Of a DNA stretch of 64,000 nucleotides, positions 38,820 to 47,399 are shown in pieces. Origin of the DNA: an uncultured Clostridia bacterium (GTDB taxonomy: Bacteria > Bacillota > Clostridia > Christensenellales > CAG-917); the NCBI GenBank assembly GCA_944332815.1, contig CALVKQ010000004.1:69319-133318 (forward strand), read 5' to 3'. Under the pieces are notes generated by a model, which worked only from the letters and a program-made list of their open reading frames with translations, did not search any database and was not told where the DNA came from. Positions within the stretch are counted from its first letter, which is position 1; the number at the start of each line of letters is the position of its first letter. A program made the position numbers and the translations under genes.

Positions 38820-39806
38820 ATGAAAGCCTGGCATATAGAGAATCTGGAACGTATCAAGCTCGTCGAGAGCGTCCTTCCCAAAAAGGAAGGGGAGGTCAAG
38901 CTCAGGATATCCAAAGTGGCGATATCTTCGACGGACTTTTCCTATTTCGCTTCGGATTCCCCCAACAAGAACGCCGCGCTCACCGTTCCCGGGCATTCCG
39001 CGGTGGCGTATATGTCCGAAGACGACGCCGATCTGGTGTTGAAAATGGGCACGCGCGTCGTGGTGAGCCCTTTCGTGATGAGAGAGGAACACGGTGTGAA
39101 AAAAGTCAGCGTGCTGGGAGTGGACAGCGACGGGTTGCTCTCCGACTTCGCTTCCGTGCCTGCCGAGAACGTTTACGCGCTCCCCGACGGCATCCCCGAC
39201 GACGAAGCCATATTCGCGGAGTATATCGCGCTCGGCAACAACGTCCTCAACAGCCTGGAAGCAGGCAAAGGCGATTTTGTCGTGATAGTGGGCGCAAGCA
39301 CGCTCGGGCTCATACTGGCGCAGCTCGCGCTGTACTATCAGATGATCCCCGTCCTCGTGGACCTTGACGCCGAAAAGCTCGCGCTCGCGGCAAGCTGGGG
39401 GGTATATTACACCCTCAATCCCACTTACGATAATCTGGAACGCCGCGTGGAAGAGATAACGGGCGGCAGGATGGCGGAGTCCTCCGTCTACGTCGGCGAC
39501 GGCGTGCCATTCAACATGGCGCTGCGCCTCGTCAAAGATAAAGGCGAAGTCGTGGTGGCAGGCTACTCCGTACGCTCCGGGCACACCATCGACGTCAGTG
39601 TGGTGCTGCAAAAACAGCTCAAACTCATCGGCGTCGCGGACGGCTACGGCGAAATGTCCTCCGCAATAAACCTGCTCGCCAACCGCATCATCAAAACCGA
39701 CGGGCTCATCAACTCTCGCATCGACTTCTCCGAAGTGCCCGAAATGGTCGTGCAATGTGCGGAGTATCCTTATCAGTATAATAAGATAGTCGTCAACATC
39801 GATTAA
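38820..39806 (+). CDS. Medium-chain dehydrogenase/reductase (alcohol dehydrogenase-like) protein lacking the usual catalytic-zinc Cys
   Basis: MKAWHIENLERIKLVE...GHSAVAY...VVIVGASTLGLILAQLA (Rossmann fold). It has SSTD where CGTD is typical. RBS aggggtggag lies upstream. Confidence 0.75.
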   Translation: MKAWHIENLERIKLVESVLPKKEGEVKLRISKVAISSTDFSYFASDSPNKNAALTVPGHSAVAYMSEDDADLVLKMGTRVVVSPFVMREEHGVKKVSVLGVDSDGLLSDFASVPAENVYALPDGIPDDEAIFAEYIALGNNVLNSLEAGKGDFVVIVGASTLGLILAQLALYYQMIPVLVDLDAEKLALAASWGVYYTLNPTYDNLERRVEEITGGRMAESSVYVGDGVPFNMALRLVKDKGEVVVAGYSVRSGHTIDVSVVLQKQLKLIGVADGYGEMSSAINLLANRIIKTDGLINSRIDFSEVPEMVVQCAEYPYQYNKIVVNID

Positions 39807-40644
39807 CTAAACGCCGCTATTTGGCGAATAGCTTTGTCAGCCTCGCATCTCCGACCGCTTATGTACGAAAGTACACCGCGCGTCCGGATATGCGAGGCTT
39901 TCGCGCTCTTCATCCAAATATCGGCGTTTAGACCGTTGGGGGGTATTTTTCTAAACCCTATTCGAAGACGGAACAATGCCCCAATTCCTCACGCGCGCTT
40001 ATCGGGAGCGTGCTCAAATACACTCTACACTCATTCGAAGAAAGAACTATATATATCCCCATACTCCACGCGCACTCTTTCGGAGCGTGCTTAATTAAAT
40101 TTATCCTTCATTCGAAGACGGAATAACGCGCCGCTCAGCCAAACTTGCACCGTGGGCGAGCATCGCCCATGCTTGCAAGTCGCGGCGCGTCCCAACCCCG
40201 TACACGACGCGCACTTATTCGGAGCGGAGCCGCAACAGGCGGCGACCGTGTGAGTGCCGAGCGCTAGACGAATAGTGCGCCGGCAATGCGCCACTCTCTT
40301 CGCGCAGCGGGCGCATTGCAAGCGGCATAACATGGCGGCTCCGTAAAGGTGCCGTCCTCGGAAGCAGTCGTGCGCGAGCGCCGAAGGTTTCCCCAAAAAT
40401 GGTGGGTTCCCTTTTAAGGGGGAACGATTTTGGGGGAAACCCGAAGGAAGGGGGCAAACAACACTTAAATGTTAGGAGGATTGTCCTCTATTCCGAGTGG
40501 GGGAGGAGTCCCGAATGGGGCTCCCCACAAAATGCATGCATTTTGTGGGGTCCCCGGGAAGGAGGGGGCACAATACTCCCATGTCAGGGAACGCGAAACC
40601 CCCATTAAACTTTATTTTACACGCCCCCATGTCAGGGGACTGCC
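39807..40644 (+). repeat. Modular hairpin-repeat locus C: 125-nt palindrome, two ~75-nt units, ACGCGCCGC hairpin, 250-nt core, G-rich module with a perfect 28-nt palindrome
   Basis: About 840 nt between convergent genes with no credible ORF; co-linear with 28336..29305. Confidence 0.8.
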
Positions 40645-40676
40645 CTAAAACAAAAGCCGCTCTGGGGAGCGGCTTT
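40645..40676 (-). terminator. Intrinsic terminator of galT
   Basis: On the minus strand: AAAGCCGCTC-ccca-GAGCGGCTTT followed by TGTTTTAG. Confidence 0.7.
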
Positions 40677-40704
40677 CGGGAGTCGTTGTTTCGGTGGCGG
40701 AGCC

Positions 40705-42255
40705 TCATTCCGTCACGCTGCGGATGAACATGTCGAAGCGGTCCTGTCCGTCCTCGGTGTTCTTGAAGACGGCGGTGGTGTCCAGGATCTTCACGCATGC
40801 GGCGTTGATGTAATCGGTGATGGCTTCGCCTGCCTTTTCGTCCGACATTTCGGTGCCGCCGTCCGCGACCAGCTGGGCTATCATGCCGAGGTGTTTGTTG
40901 AGGGGATGGCTTTCTTCGGCGATGGCTTTGAAGTCCAGGGGAGTTTTGCCGGTGAGGATGTCTTTTATCTCTTCGGATTCCCTTTGCAGTCTGCCGGGCA
41001 GGATGAACAGCCCTTGCACCTCGATGATGCCTATGGCTTCCTGCTTGATGTTGTGCAGTTCCTGCGCAGGGTGGAATATGCCGAAAGGATGCTTCTCGTC
41101 CGTACGGTTATTGCGGAGGATGAGATTGATCTGATACTCGCCGTCGTTATTGAAACAGGCGGTGGGGGTGATGGCGTTGTGGGGGGTGGAAGAGCCGTCC
41201 GCATTCTCGGTGCGGCAGAGGATGTCGGCGCCTTCGTCGGAGTAATCGCACCATGCGCTGCGGAATTTTTCCGCGGCTTCTATGAGTTGCGCGCGGTTTT
41301 TGCTTTCCAGCCGCACCACGGAGTTATACCATTCCGCGACGGACACGTTCACGTCGGGGAAATCCTTCATCAGGTAACGCCTGCGTGCCCCCGACGCGAA
41401 GATGGGCAGCACTTTTTTGCCGCCTTGATAGTGGTCGTGCGCGAGGATGGAACCGCCCACTATGGGCAGAGCCGCGTTGGAGCCGATGAAGTAATCGGGG
41501 AAGAGATCCACAAAGTCCAGCATACGGCGGAAGGTCGCCTCGTTTACGTTCATGGGGCGGTGTTCGCGCGACACGGCGATGACGTGCTGTTCGAAGTAGA
41601 CGTAAGGGGAGAACTGCATGAACCAGTTTTCACCGTCGAGTTCGAAGGGGATGGTGCGGAGAGTCTGCCTCGCAGGATGCGCGGCATTGCCTGCAAACCC
41701 CACGTTTTCGGCGCAGAGCATACATTTGGGATAACCCGTCTTGGCTTCTTTTGCGCGCCTGACCTCCTCGGGGGTCTTTTCGGGTTTTGCGAGGTTTATG
41801 GTGATGACGATCTTTCCGCGCGGATCGTCGTATTCCCACTGCACGTTGCGGTCTATGTCGGGGCGGCGGATGTAGGCGGACTTTTCGGAAAGATCCGCAA
41901 GCCATTCGGCGGCTTTCATGCTGCCGTCGTGCGCTGCGATGTTGTCAAAAGTTTCGATGACCTTGGAGGGGGTGGGCGTGAGCGCGCCCATTATGCGCGT
42001 TTCGAACAGCAGTCTGTCCTCTTCGCGGCAGATACCTTTCATTACGGCGTATTCGGAGAGTGCGGAGAGAGAGGAATAGAAGTCGTATTTGCCCACCGGT
42101 GCGTCGGACGGCTCCGTGAGGCGGAGCATATCCAGCAGCGTGTTTGTGGCGTAAACGGTGTCCGCATCGTCCATATGAAGCTGTCGGACGGCATAGTCCA
42201 CGAGGTTGGCGACGTTGATCTTTGCAAGTTCCTCAAACGATTTGCGTGGCGACAT
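40705..42255 (-). CDS. galT: UDP-glucose--hexose-1-phosphate uridylyltransferase, type 2
   Basis: About 516 aa. VDYAVRQLHMDDADTVYATNTLLDMLRL and the GGSILAHDHYQGG motif are typical of Firmicutes GalT. Confidence 0.88.
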   Translation of the reverse strand: MSPRKSFEELAKINVANLVDYAVRQLHMDDADTVYATNTLLDMLRLTEPSDAPVGKYDFYSSLSALSEYAVMKGICREEDRLLFETRIMGALTPTPSKVIETFDNIAAHDGSMKAAEWLADLSEKSAYIRRPDIDRNVQWEYDDPRGKIVITINLAKPEKTPEEVRRAKEAKTGYPKCMLCAENVGFAGNAAHPARQTLRTIPFELDGENWFMQFSPYVYFEQHVIAVSREHRPMNVNEATFRRMLDFVDLFPDYFIGSNAALPIVGGSILAHDHYQGGKKVLPIFASGARRRYLMKDFPDVNVSVAEWYNSVVRLESKNRAQLIEAAEKFRSAWCDYSDEGADILCRTENADGSSTPHNAITPTACFNNDGEYQINLILRNNRTDEKHPFGIFHPAQELHNIKQEAIGIIEVQGLFILPGRLQRESEEIKDILTGKTPLDFKAIAEESHPLNKHLGMIAQLVADGGTEMSDEKAGEAITDYINAACVKILDTTAVFKNTEDGQDRFDMFIRSVTE

Positions 42256-42347
42256 AAAACCTCTAACGCACGCATTTCCCTTGCAAACGGGGAAAGGCTG
42301 TGCTATCATAAAAAATACTGTTTACATTATATATGGAGAAACCGACT

Positions 42348-43607
42348 ATGGCAACGATTTCGACGGAGAATTTTGAAAAGAATGCGTCCTTCAGAGGCGT
42401 TCTCACCTCCCTTTACGGGGACTCCGCGGCGGCTAACGCCTGCCGTTTCGGGAAGCTCGCCGCACGGCATCAGGAAACTTTCGGCGCGCCTTACCGCGAC
42501 TTCTTTTCCTCTCCCGGACGCATCGAGATAGTCGGCAATCACACCGACCATAACGCCGGCAAAGTGCTTGCCGCGGCGATCACGGTGGACACCCTCGCCG
42601 CCGTCAGTCCGCGCGAGGACAGAGTGGTGGAAGTCAAGTCCGAGAACTATCCCATGATGCGCATCTCGCTCGACGACCTCGCTTTCAAACAGTCCGAACT
42701 GGGCACTTCCGTCGCCCTCATCAAGGGTGTGGCGGAGTACTTCGCAAGGGCGGGCAAAGCCACCGGCGGTTTTACGGCGTGCATGGACTCCTGCGTGCCG
42801 AAAGGGAGCGGCGTGTCTTCGTCCAGTTCCTTCGAACTCATCATCGCCGAGATCTTCAACGTCTATTACAATGACGGGGAACTCTCTCCGATATTCATGG
42901 CAAAGGCGTCGCAATATGCCGAAAACGTGTACTTCGGCAAGCCCAGCGGACTTATGGATCAGAGCGCGATCGCCCTGGGCGGCGTGAATATGATAGATTT
43001 CCGCAGCTTCGATGCTCCCGACGTGCTGGGCGCGAAGTGGGACTTCGACGATCTGGAGATATACGTCGTGGCGACGGGAGGGGATCACAGCGACCTCACC
43101 GACGATTACGCCGCCATACCTGCTGAGATGAAGGCGGTCGCAGCCGCTCTCGGCGGCAAAGTGCTGCGCGACGTGCCTGCGGAAAATTTCTATGCCGCGG
43201 AGGACAGCCTCAGGGGCAAGCTCCCCGAAAGAGCGTTGCTGCGAGCCGAGCACTTCTATGAGGAAAACGTCAGAGTGGAGCGCGCGCTGGACGCCGTTGC
43301 GCGCGGCGACGAGAGCGCTTTCCTTGCCGCGGTGAACGAGTCGGGTGAGAGTTCCGCACGCAAGTTGCAGAACCTTTATTCTTCGCGCGGCGACCATTCC
43401 ATCGAGCTCGCTCTCGAAAAAGCAGGCAAGATAGACGGCGTGCTCGCAAAGCGTGTTCACGGCGGCGGATTTGCAGGCACGATATTGCTGTTTGTCGCAA
43501 AAGACCGTTCAGATGCCGTAAACGATGTCTTAAAAGCCGAGTTTGGTGAAAATAACGTGTTCAGACTCTTTATCCGCGAATCCGGCGCCTGCCGCGTCGC
43601 ATTGTAG
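42348..43607 (+). CDS. galK: Galactokinase
   Basis: GRIEIVGNHTDHNAGKVLAAAI, VPKGSGVSSSSSFE, and the GHMP C-terminus HGGGFAGT. It is divergent from galT. Confidence 0.88.
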   Translation: MATISTENFEKNASFRGVLTSLYGDSAAANACRFGKLAARHQETFGAPYRDFFSSPGRIEIVGNHTDHNAGKVLAAAITVDTLAAVSPREDRVVEVKSENYPMMRISLDDLAFKQSELGTSVALIKGVAEYFARAGKATGGFTACMDSCVPKGSGVSSSSSFELIIAEIFNVYYNDGELSPIFMAKASQYAENVYFGKPSGLMDQSAIALGGVNMIDFRSFDAPDVLGAKWDFDDLEIYVVATGGDHSDLTDDYAAIPAEMKAVAAALGGKVLRDVPAENFYAAEDSLRGKLPERALLRAEHFYEENVRVERALDAVARGDESAFLAAVNESGESSARKLQNLYSSRGDHSIELALEKAGKIDGVLAKRVHGGGFAGTILLFVAKDRSDAVNDVLKAEFGENNVFRLFIRESGACRVAL

Positions 43608-43615
43608 GAGGAAGC

Positions 43616-44701
43616 ATGGAGCAGCTGTGCGCCCTTAACAAGATAGCCTTCACCGTAGGCGGCGTGGAGGTGGCGTGGTACGGCATCATCATCGTCATAG
43701 GGATGATCGCCGGGCTCACCATCGTCTGTTTGGAATGCAAGCGCATCAACCTCAACGCCGACGATGCGGTGGAGTTGTTTTTGTGGGTCATCCCGCTTGC
43801 GGTGATATTCTGCCGCGTGTTTTACGTCGCGGCGCGCCCCGAGGTGTATTTCCCCATCGAAAGCTGGGAGGACTTCGTTGACGTCATCGCCATCTGGGAC
43901 GGCGGCATCACCATCATAGGCGGTCTTGTGGGCGGACTCATAGGCGCAGGCATCTTCGCTTTCAGGATGCGCAAAAAGTGCAATTTCGGCAATATAGTGG
44001 ACCTTATCGTGGTCCCCGTGCTGACGGGGCAGATAATAGGCAGGCTGGGGAACTTCGTCAATCAGGAGGCGTTCGGCATCCCCATCCGCGACCCGAAACT
44101 GCAACATTTCCCCTTTGCGGTGTGGATAGACGATCCGCAGGGTGTGGAGCCGGAGTTCCAACCCATGGTGGACGCCAACAAACCGGGGTGGTTCGCCGCC
44201 ACATTCTTTTACGAGATGGTGTGGAACCTCATCGGTGCGGTCATATTCTTTGTCATCTGGCGCAAGAACAAGCGTTTTCCCGGCATACTCGGTTTCTGCT
44301 ACTTTTTCTGGTACTTCCTGGGCAGGGCGTGGCTGGAAGAGCTGCGCATCGACGCCGTCCCCGTCACGCAGGTGGCGTGCATCATAGTGGTGCCCATCGC
44401 GTTGGTGTTGGGGGTGGCGTACATCCTTGTCTGCCTCTCCCGTCAGAGTTTCCGCAAGGTCAATGACGCGGCGATCGCAGGGGAGCTGCCCCACACCGAA
44501 CTTGACCGTTTCGAAGTCGCGAATTACCGCTTTGCGTTAAAGCTGCTCTCCAAGGGAGGCAGCGCGGTGTGGAAGTTCTACGGCGTGGACGACGTGCCCG
44601 TTGCCGCGCTCGCGGACGGCGACTACATAAAGAAAGTAAAAAAGCCGCGTAACTCCGCAAAAGTAAAGACTGCGGAGGGCGACGAGGAGCATAAGTCATG
44701 A
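43616..44701 (+). CDS. lgt: Prolipoprotein diacylglyceryl transferase with a ~90-aa C-terminal extension
   Basis: WDGGITIIGGLVGGLIG and GRLGNFVNQEAFG motifs. Confidence 0.88.
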   Translation: MEQLCALNKIAFTVGGVEVAWYGIIIVIGMIAGLTIVCLECKRINLNADDAVELFLWVIPLAVIFCRVFYVAARPEVYFPIESWEDFVDVIAIWDGGITIIGGLVGGLIGAGIFAFRMRKKCNFGNIVDLIVVPVLTGQIIGRLGNFVNQEAFGIPIRDPKLQHFPFAVWIDDPQGVEPEFQPMVDANKPGWFAATFFYEMVWNLIGAVIFFVIWRKNKRFPGILGFCYFFWYFLGRAWLEELRIDAVPVTQVACIIVVPIALVLGVAYILVCLSRQSFRKVNDAAIAGELPHTELDRFEVANYRFALKLLSKGGSAVWKFYGVDDVPVAALADGDYIKKVKKPRNSAKVKTAEGDEEHKS

Positions 44702-46140
44702 TCTCTCCGCTTTCGGCAGAACGCAATCTCACCATGCTCACCGACCTCTATCAGCTCACCATGGCAAACGGATATCTCCAAAAGGGAGTGAGCGAAAAGA
44801 GAGCGGTGTTCGACCTCTTTTACCGTGGCAGCGGCGGCTATTCCTATGCGGTCGCGGCAGGGTTGGAACAGGCGGTGCAATATCTTCGCGACCTGCGTTT
44901 CGAGGAGAAGGACATAGTCTATCTGCGTTCTCTCGGCATCTTTCCCGAAAGTTTTCTCGAAAGGCTGCGCACGTTCAGGTTCACGGGTGACCTGCGCGCG
45001 GTGCCGGAAGGGACGGTGATCTTTCCCTCCGAGCCCATCCTCACCGTGTCCGCCCCCGTTTTTGAGGCGCAGCTGGTGGAAACCGCGCTGCTCACCATCG
45101 TCAATCACCAGACACTCATCGCCACCACGGCGGCGAGGCTCACCGCATGCACGGACGCGAAGATATTGGAGTTCGGTCTGCGCCGCGCGCAGGGTCCCGA
45201 CGCAGGCACTTACGGCGCGCGTGCGGCTTATATCGGCGGATGCCGGTCCACTTCCAACGTGCTCGCCGGCGAGATGTTCGGCATAGCGGTGGCAGGCACC
45301 CACTCCCACAGCTGGGTGATGACTTTCCCCTCCGAACTCGAAGCGTTCGAGGCTTACGCCGAGATATATCCCGACAACTGCCTGTTGCTGGTGGACACTT
45401 ATGACACTTTGAAGAGCGGCGTTCCCAACGCGATAAAGGTGTTCGACAAACTCAAAGCCGCAGGACACAAGCCCGTCGGCATAAGGTTGGACAGCGGCGA
45501 CCTCGCGTACATCAGCCGCGAAGCGCGTAAGATGCTGGACGCGGCAGGGCATTCCGATTGCAAGATATTCGCCTCCAACGACATTGACGAAGAAGTGTTG
45601 CTTGCGCTCAATTCGCAGGACGCGAAGATAGACGTTTACGGCATAGGCACCAAACTTATCACCAGCTTCTCCAACGCTTCCCTCGGCGGAGTGTACAAAC
45701 TCTGCGCCATAGAGGAGGACGGCGTGCTTGTGCCCAAGATCAAGGTGTCGGACAGCCATGACAAGACCACCGACCCCGGCGTGAAAAAGACTGTGCGCAT
45801 ATACCGCGGCGGAATGGCGGCGGCGGACCTCATCTGCCTTGCGGACGAGAGCATAGACACCTCGCGACCTCTCACCATTTTCCATCCGGAGCAGACATGG
45901 AAGCGCACCACGTTCAAAGAGTTTACGGTCAAGGAACTCATGACGGAGGTCATAAAAGACGGCGAACTCGTGTGCGAGATGCCCACGCTCGAAGAGATAG
46001 GGCGGCACCACGACGAGTCCTGGGCGGAGTTCTTCCCGGAATATAAACGAGTGGTGAACACGCAGTACTACAAGGTGGACCTCAGCGAGAAACTGTGGGC
46101 GTTGAAAAACGAATTGCTCTCGCGCACCTCGCGCGACTGA
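44698..46140 (+). CDS. pncB: Nicotinate phosphoribosyltransferase
   Basis: LTMLTDLYQLTMANGYL...GTHSHSWVM...GIRLDSGD. Confidence 0.9.
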   Translation: MISPLSAERNLTMLTDLYQLTMANGYLQKGVSEKRAVFDLFYRGSGGYSYAVAAGLEQAVQYLRDLRFEEKDIVYLRSLGIFPESFLERLRTFRFTGDLRAVPEGTVIFPSEPILTVSAPVFEAQLVETALLTIVNHQTLIATTAARLTACTDAKILEFGLRRAQGPDAGTYGARAAYIGGCRSTSNVLAGEMFGIAVAGTHSHSWVMTFPSELEAFEAYAEIYPDNCLLLVDTYDTLKSGVPNAIKVFDKLKAAGHKPVGIRLDSGDLAYISREARKMLDAAGHSDCKIFASNDIDEEVLLALNSQDAKIDVYGIGTKLITSFSNASLGGVYKLCAIEEDGVLVPKIKVSDSHDKTTDPGVKKTVRIYRGGMAAADLICLADESIDTSRPLTIFHPEQTWKRTTFKEFTVKELMTEVIKDGELVCEMPTLEEIGRHHDESWAEFFPEYKRVVNTQYYKVDLSEKLWALKNELLSRTSRD

Positions 46141-46209
46141 CGCGTCTTTCCGCTCGCGCGGCGCTTGTAAGCGGCGCGATAAAAAACATAATAAGCATGA
46201 TAAGATGAC

Positions 46210-46236
46210 AAAACGCGGAGATAAACTCCGCGTTTT
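46210..46236 (+). terminator. Intrinsic terminator after pncB
   Basis: aaaacgcggag-ataaa-ctccgcgtttt. Confidence 0.8.
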
Positions 46237-46511
46237 GCGTTAGGTTGTGGTAAAAACCGTGCGTGACCGGCACCGTTATGCCGCTAGGGTGAAGGTGCGG
46301 CAGCCGCGGCGCGGGCGAGGACGGGCAGCGCGTGCCCCTGCGGCAACGGCGCTGTCGGGGGCGGAAGGACCCGGAGGGAAAGCGCGGAGCGAGCCCGGGA
46401 GCTTTATTACGATTTCGGACATTTTTCGTGCGGATATGCTCTTTTTCCTTTCTTCCCGGAGGGTAGTATCTTTATGCGGCGCGCATGAGTGCGTGCGTTC
46501 AGGGAGAATGT

Positions 46512-47234
46512 ATGAAAAAAAGAAAATTGACGGAGCCGCGTTTCGCGTTGGTCAGACGGGGCTATGACATCCCCTCCGTGGAGGCGTACATCGACATGGA
46601 GAGGGAAAAGGCGGACAAAGCAGGTTTGGAACAGAAGGAGCGCATCCGCGTACTCAGGGCGCAGTGCGACAGGTTGGAGGAAGAACTTGCGGTCTATAAG
46701 GGCAGGGAGGAGCAGATCAAAGCCGCCTTGCTCTCCGCGGAGGATAAGGCGGAAAAGACGGCGCTGGATATAAAATTGCGTTACGCCATGGAGTTGGAAA
46801 GGCTGAAACTCTTCCGCGCGAAATGGACGAGCGCGTACGAGGAGATAAAGCAAAGATATAACTTCTCAAAGGACGCGCTCAATATGGAGAGCGTCGCCGT
46901 GTCCGTCAAACTGGAATTGGAGCGTTTCCTCGCGCAGGATCTCTCCTTGGATCGCGGCGTGCCCACGGAGGATACGGAAGAGGCGTTCAGAGAGGAGGCG
47001 GACAGACTGTCCGCAGAGGACAGCAAGGTGAAGGAACTGCGCGAACAGCTGGCGCGCGCGGCGGAAAGAAAGGACAGAGAAGAGAAGTTGGCAAAAAGCG
47101 TGACCGCGCCGCGAGAGAACGACCGCGCGGAGAGAAGGCAGCAGCCTGCGGCGGCGTTTTCGCTGGAAGAGGCAAGGCACCCCACGGAAAGTCTTGCGGA
47201 GATATGCCGCTGGCTGGGACTCGGAAAACAGTGA
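46512..47234 (+). CDS. DivIVA-domain protein
   Basis: FALVRRGYDIPSVEAYIDMEREK followed by long coiled-coil segments. Confidence 0.75.
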   Translation: MKKRKLTEPRFALVRRGYDIPSVEAYIDMEREKADKAGLEQKERIRVLRAQCDRLEEELAVYKGREEQIKAALLSAEDKAEKTALDIKLRYAMELERLKLFRAKWTSAYEEIKQRYNFSKDALNMESVAVSVKLELERFLAQDLSLDRGVPTEDTEEAFREEADRLSAEDSKVKELREQLARAAERKDREEKLAKSVTAPRENDRAERRQQPAAAFSLEEARHPTESLAEICRWLGLGKQ

Positions 47235-47399
47235 AACCGGAAGGAGGGGATAAGTTTTACATCTCTGACAGGGGAGTGTTGTGAAATAAAATTTAATGGG
47301 GGCGTTCCTCACATTTCTTGTTCGAAGCATACGTGAGCATTCATAAAACGCACGGCGTGTTGCCGTGCGTTTTGTGAGTTGTTGCGTTTAAGGCGTCCG

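Noticed and set aside
39956-40125. CRISPR array (repeated ~75-nt units).
   Set aside because: There are only 2-3 units and they are degenerate, not exact. There is no repeat-spacer periodicity of 25-40 nt and there are no cas genes.
46240-46420. SRP (4.5S/scRNA) gene.
   Set aside because: It has strings vaguely like the Alu domain and GGAAGG. It lacks the conserved helix-8 GGAA tetraloop with flanking AGCA/symmetric-loop motif, and the expected overall length and pairing.
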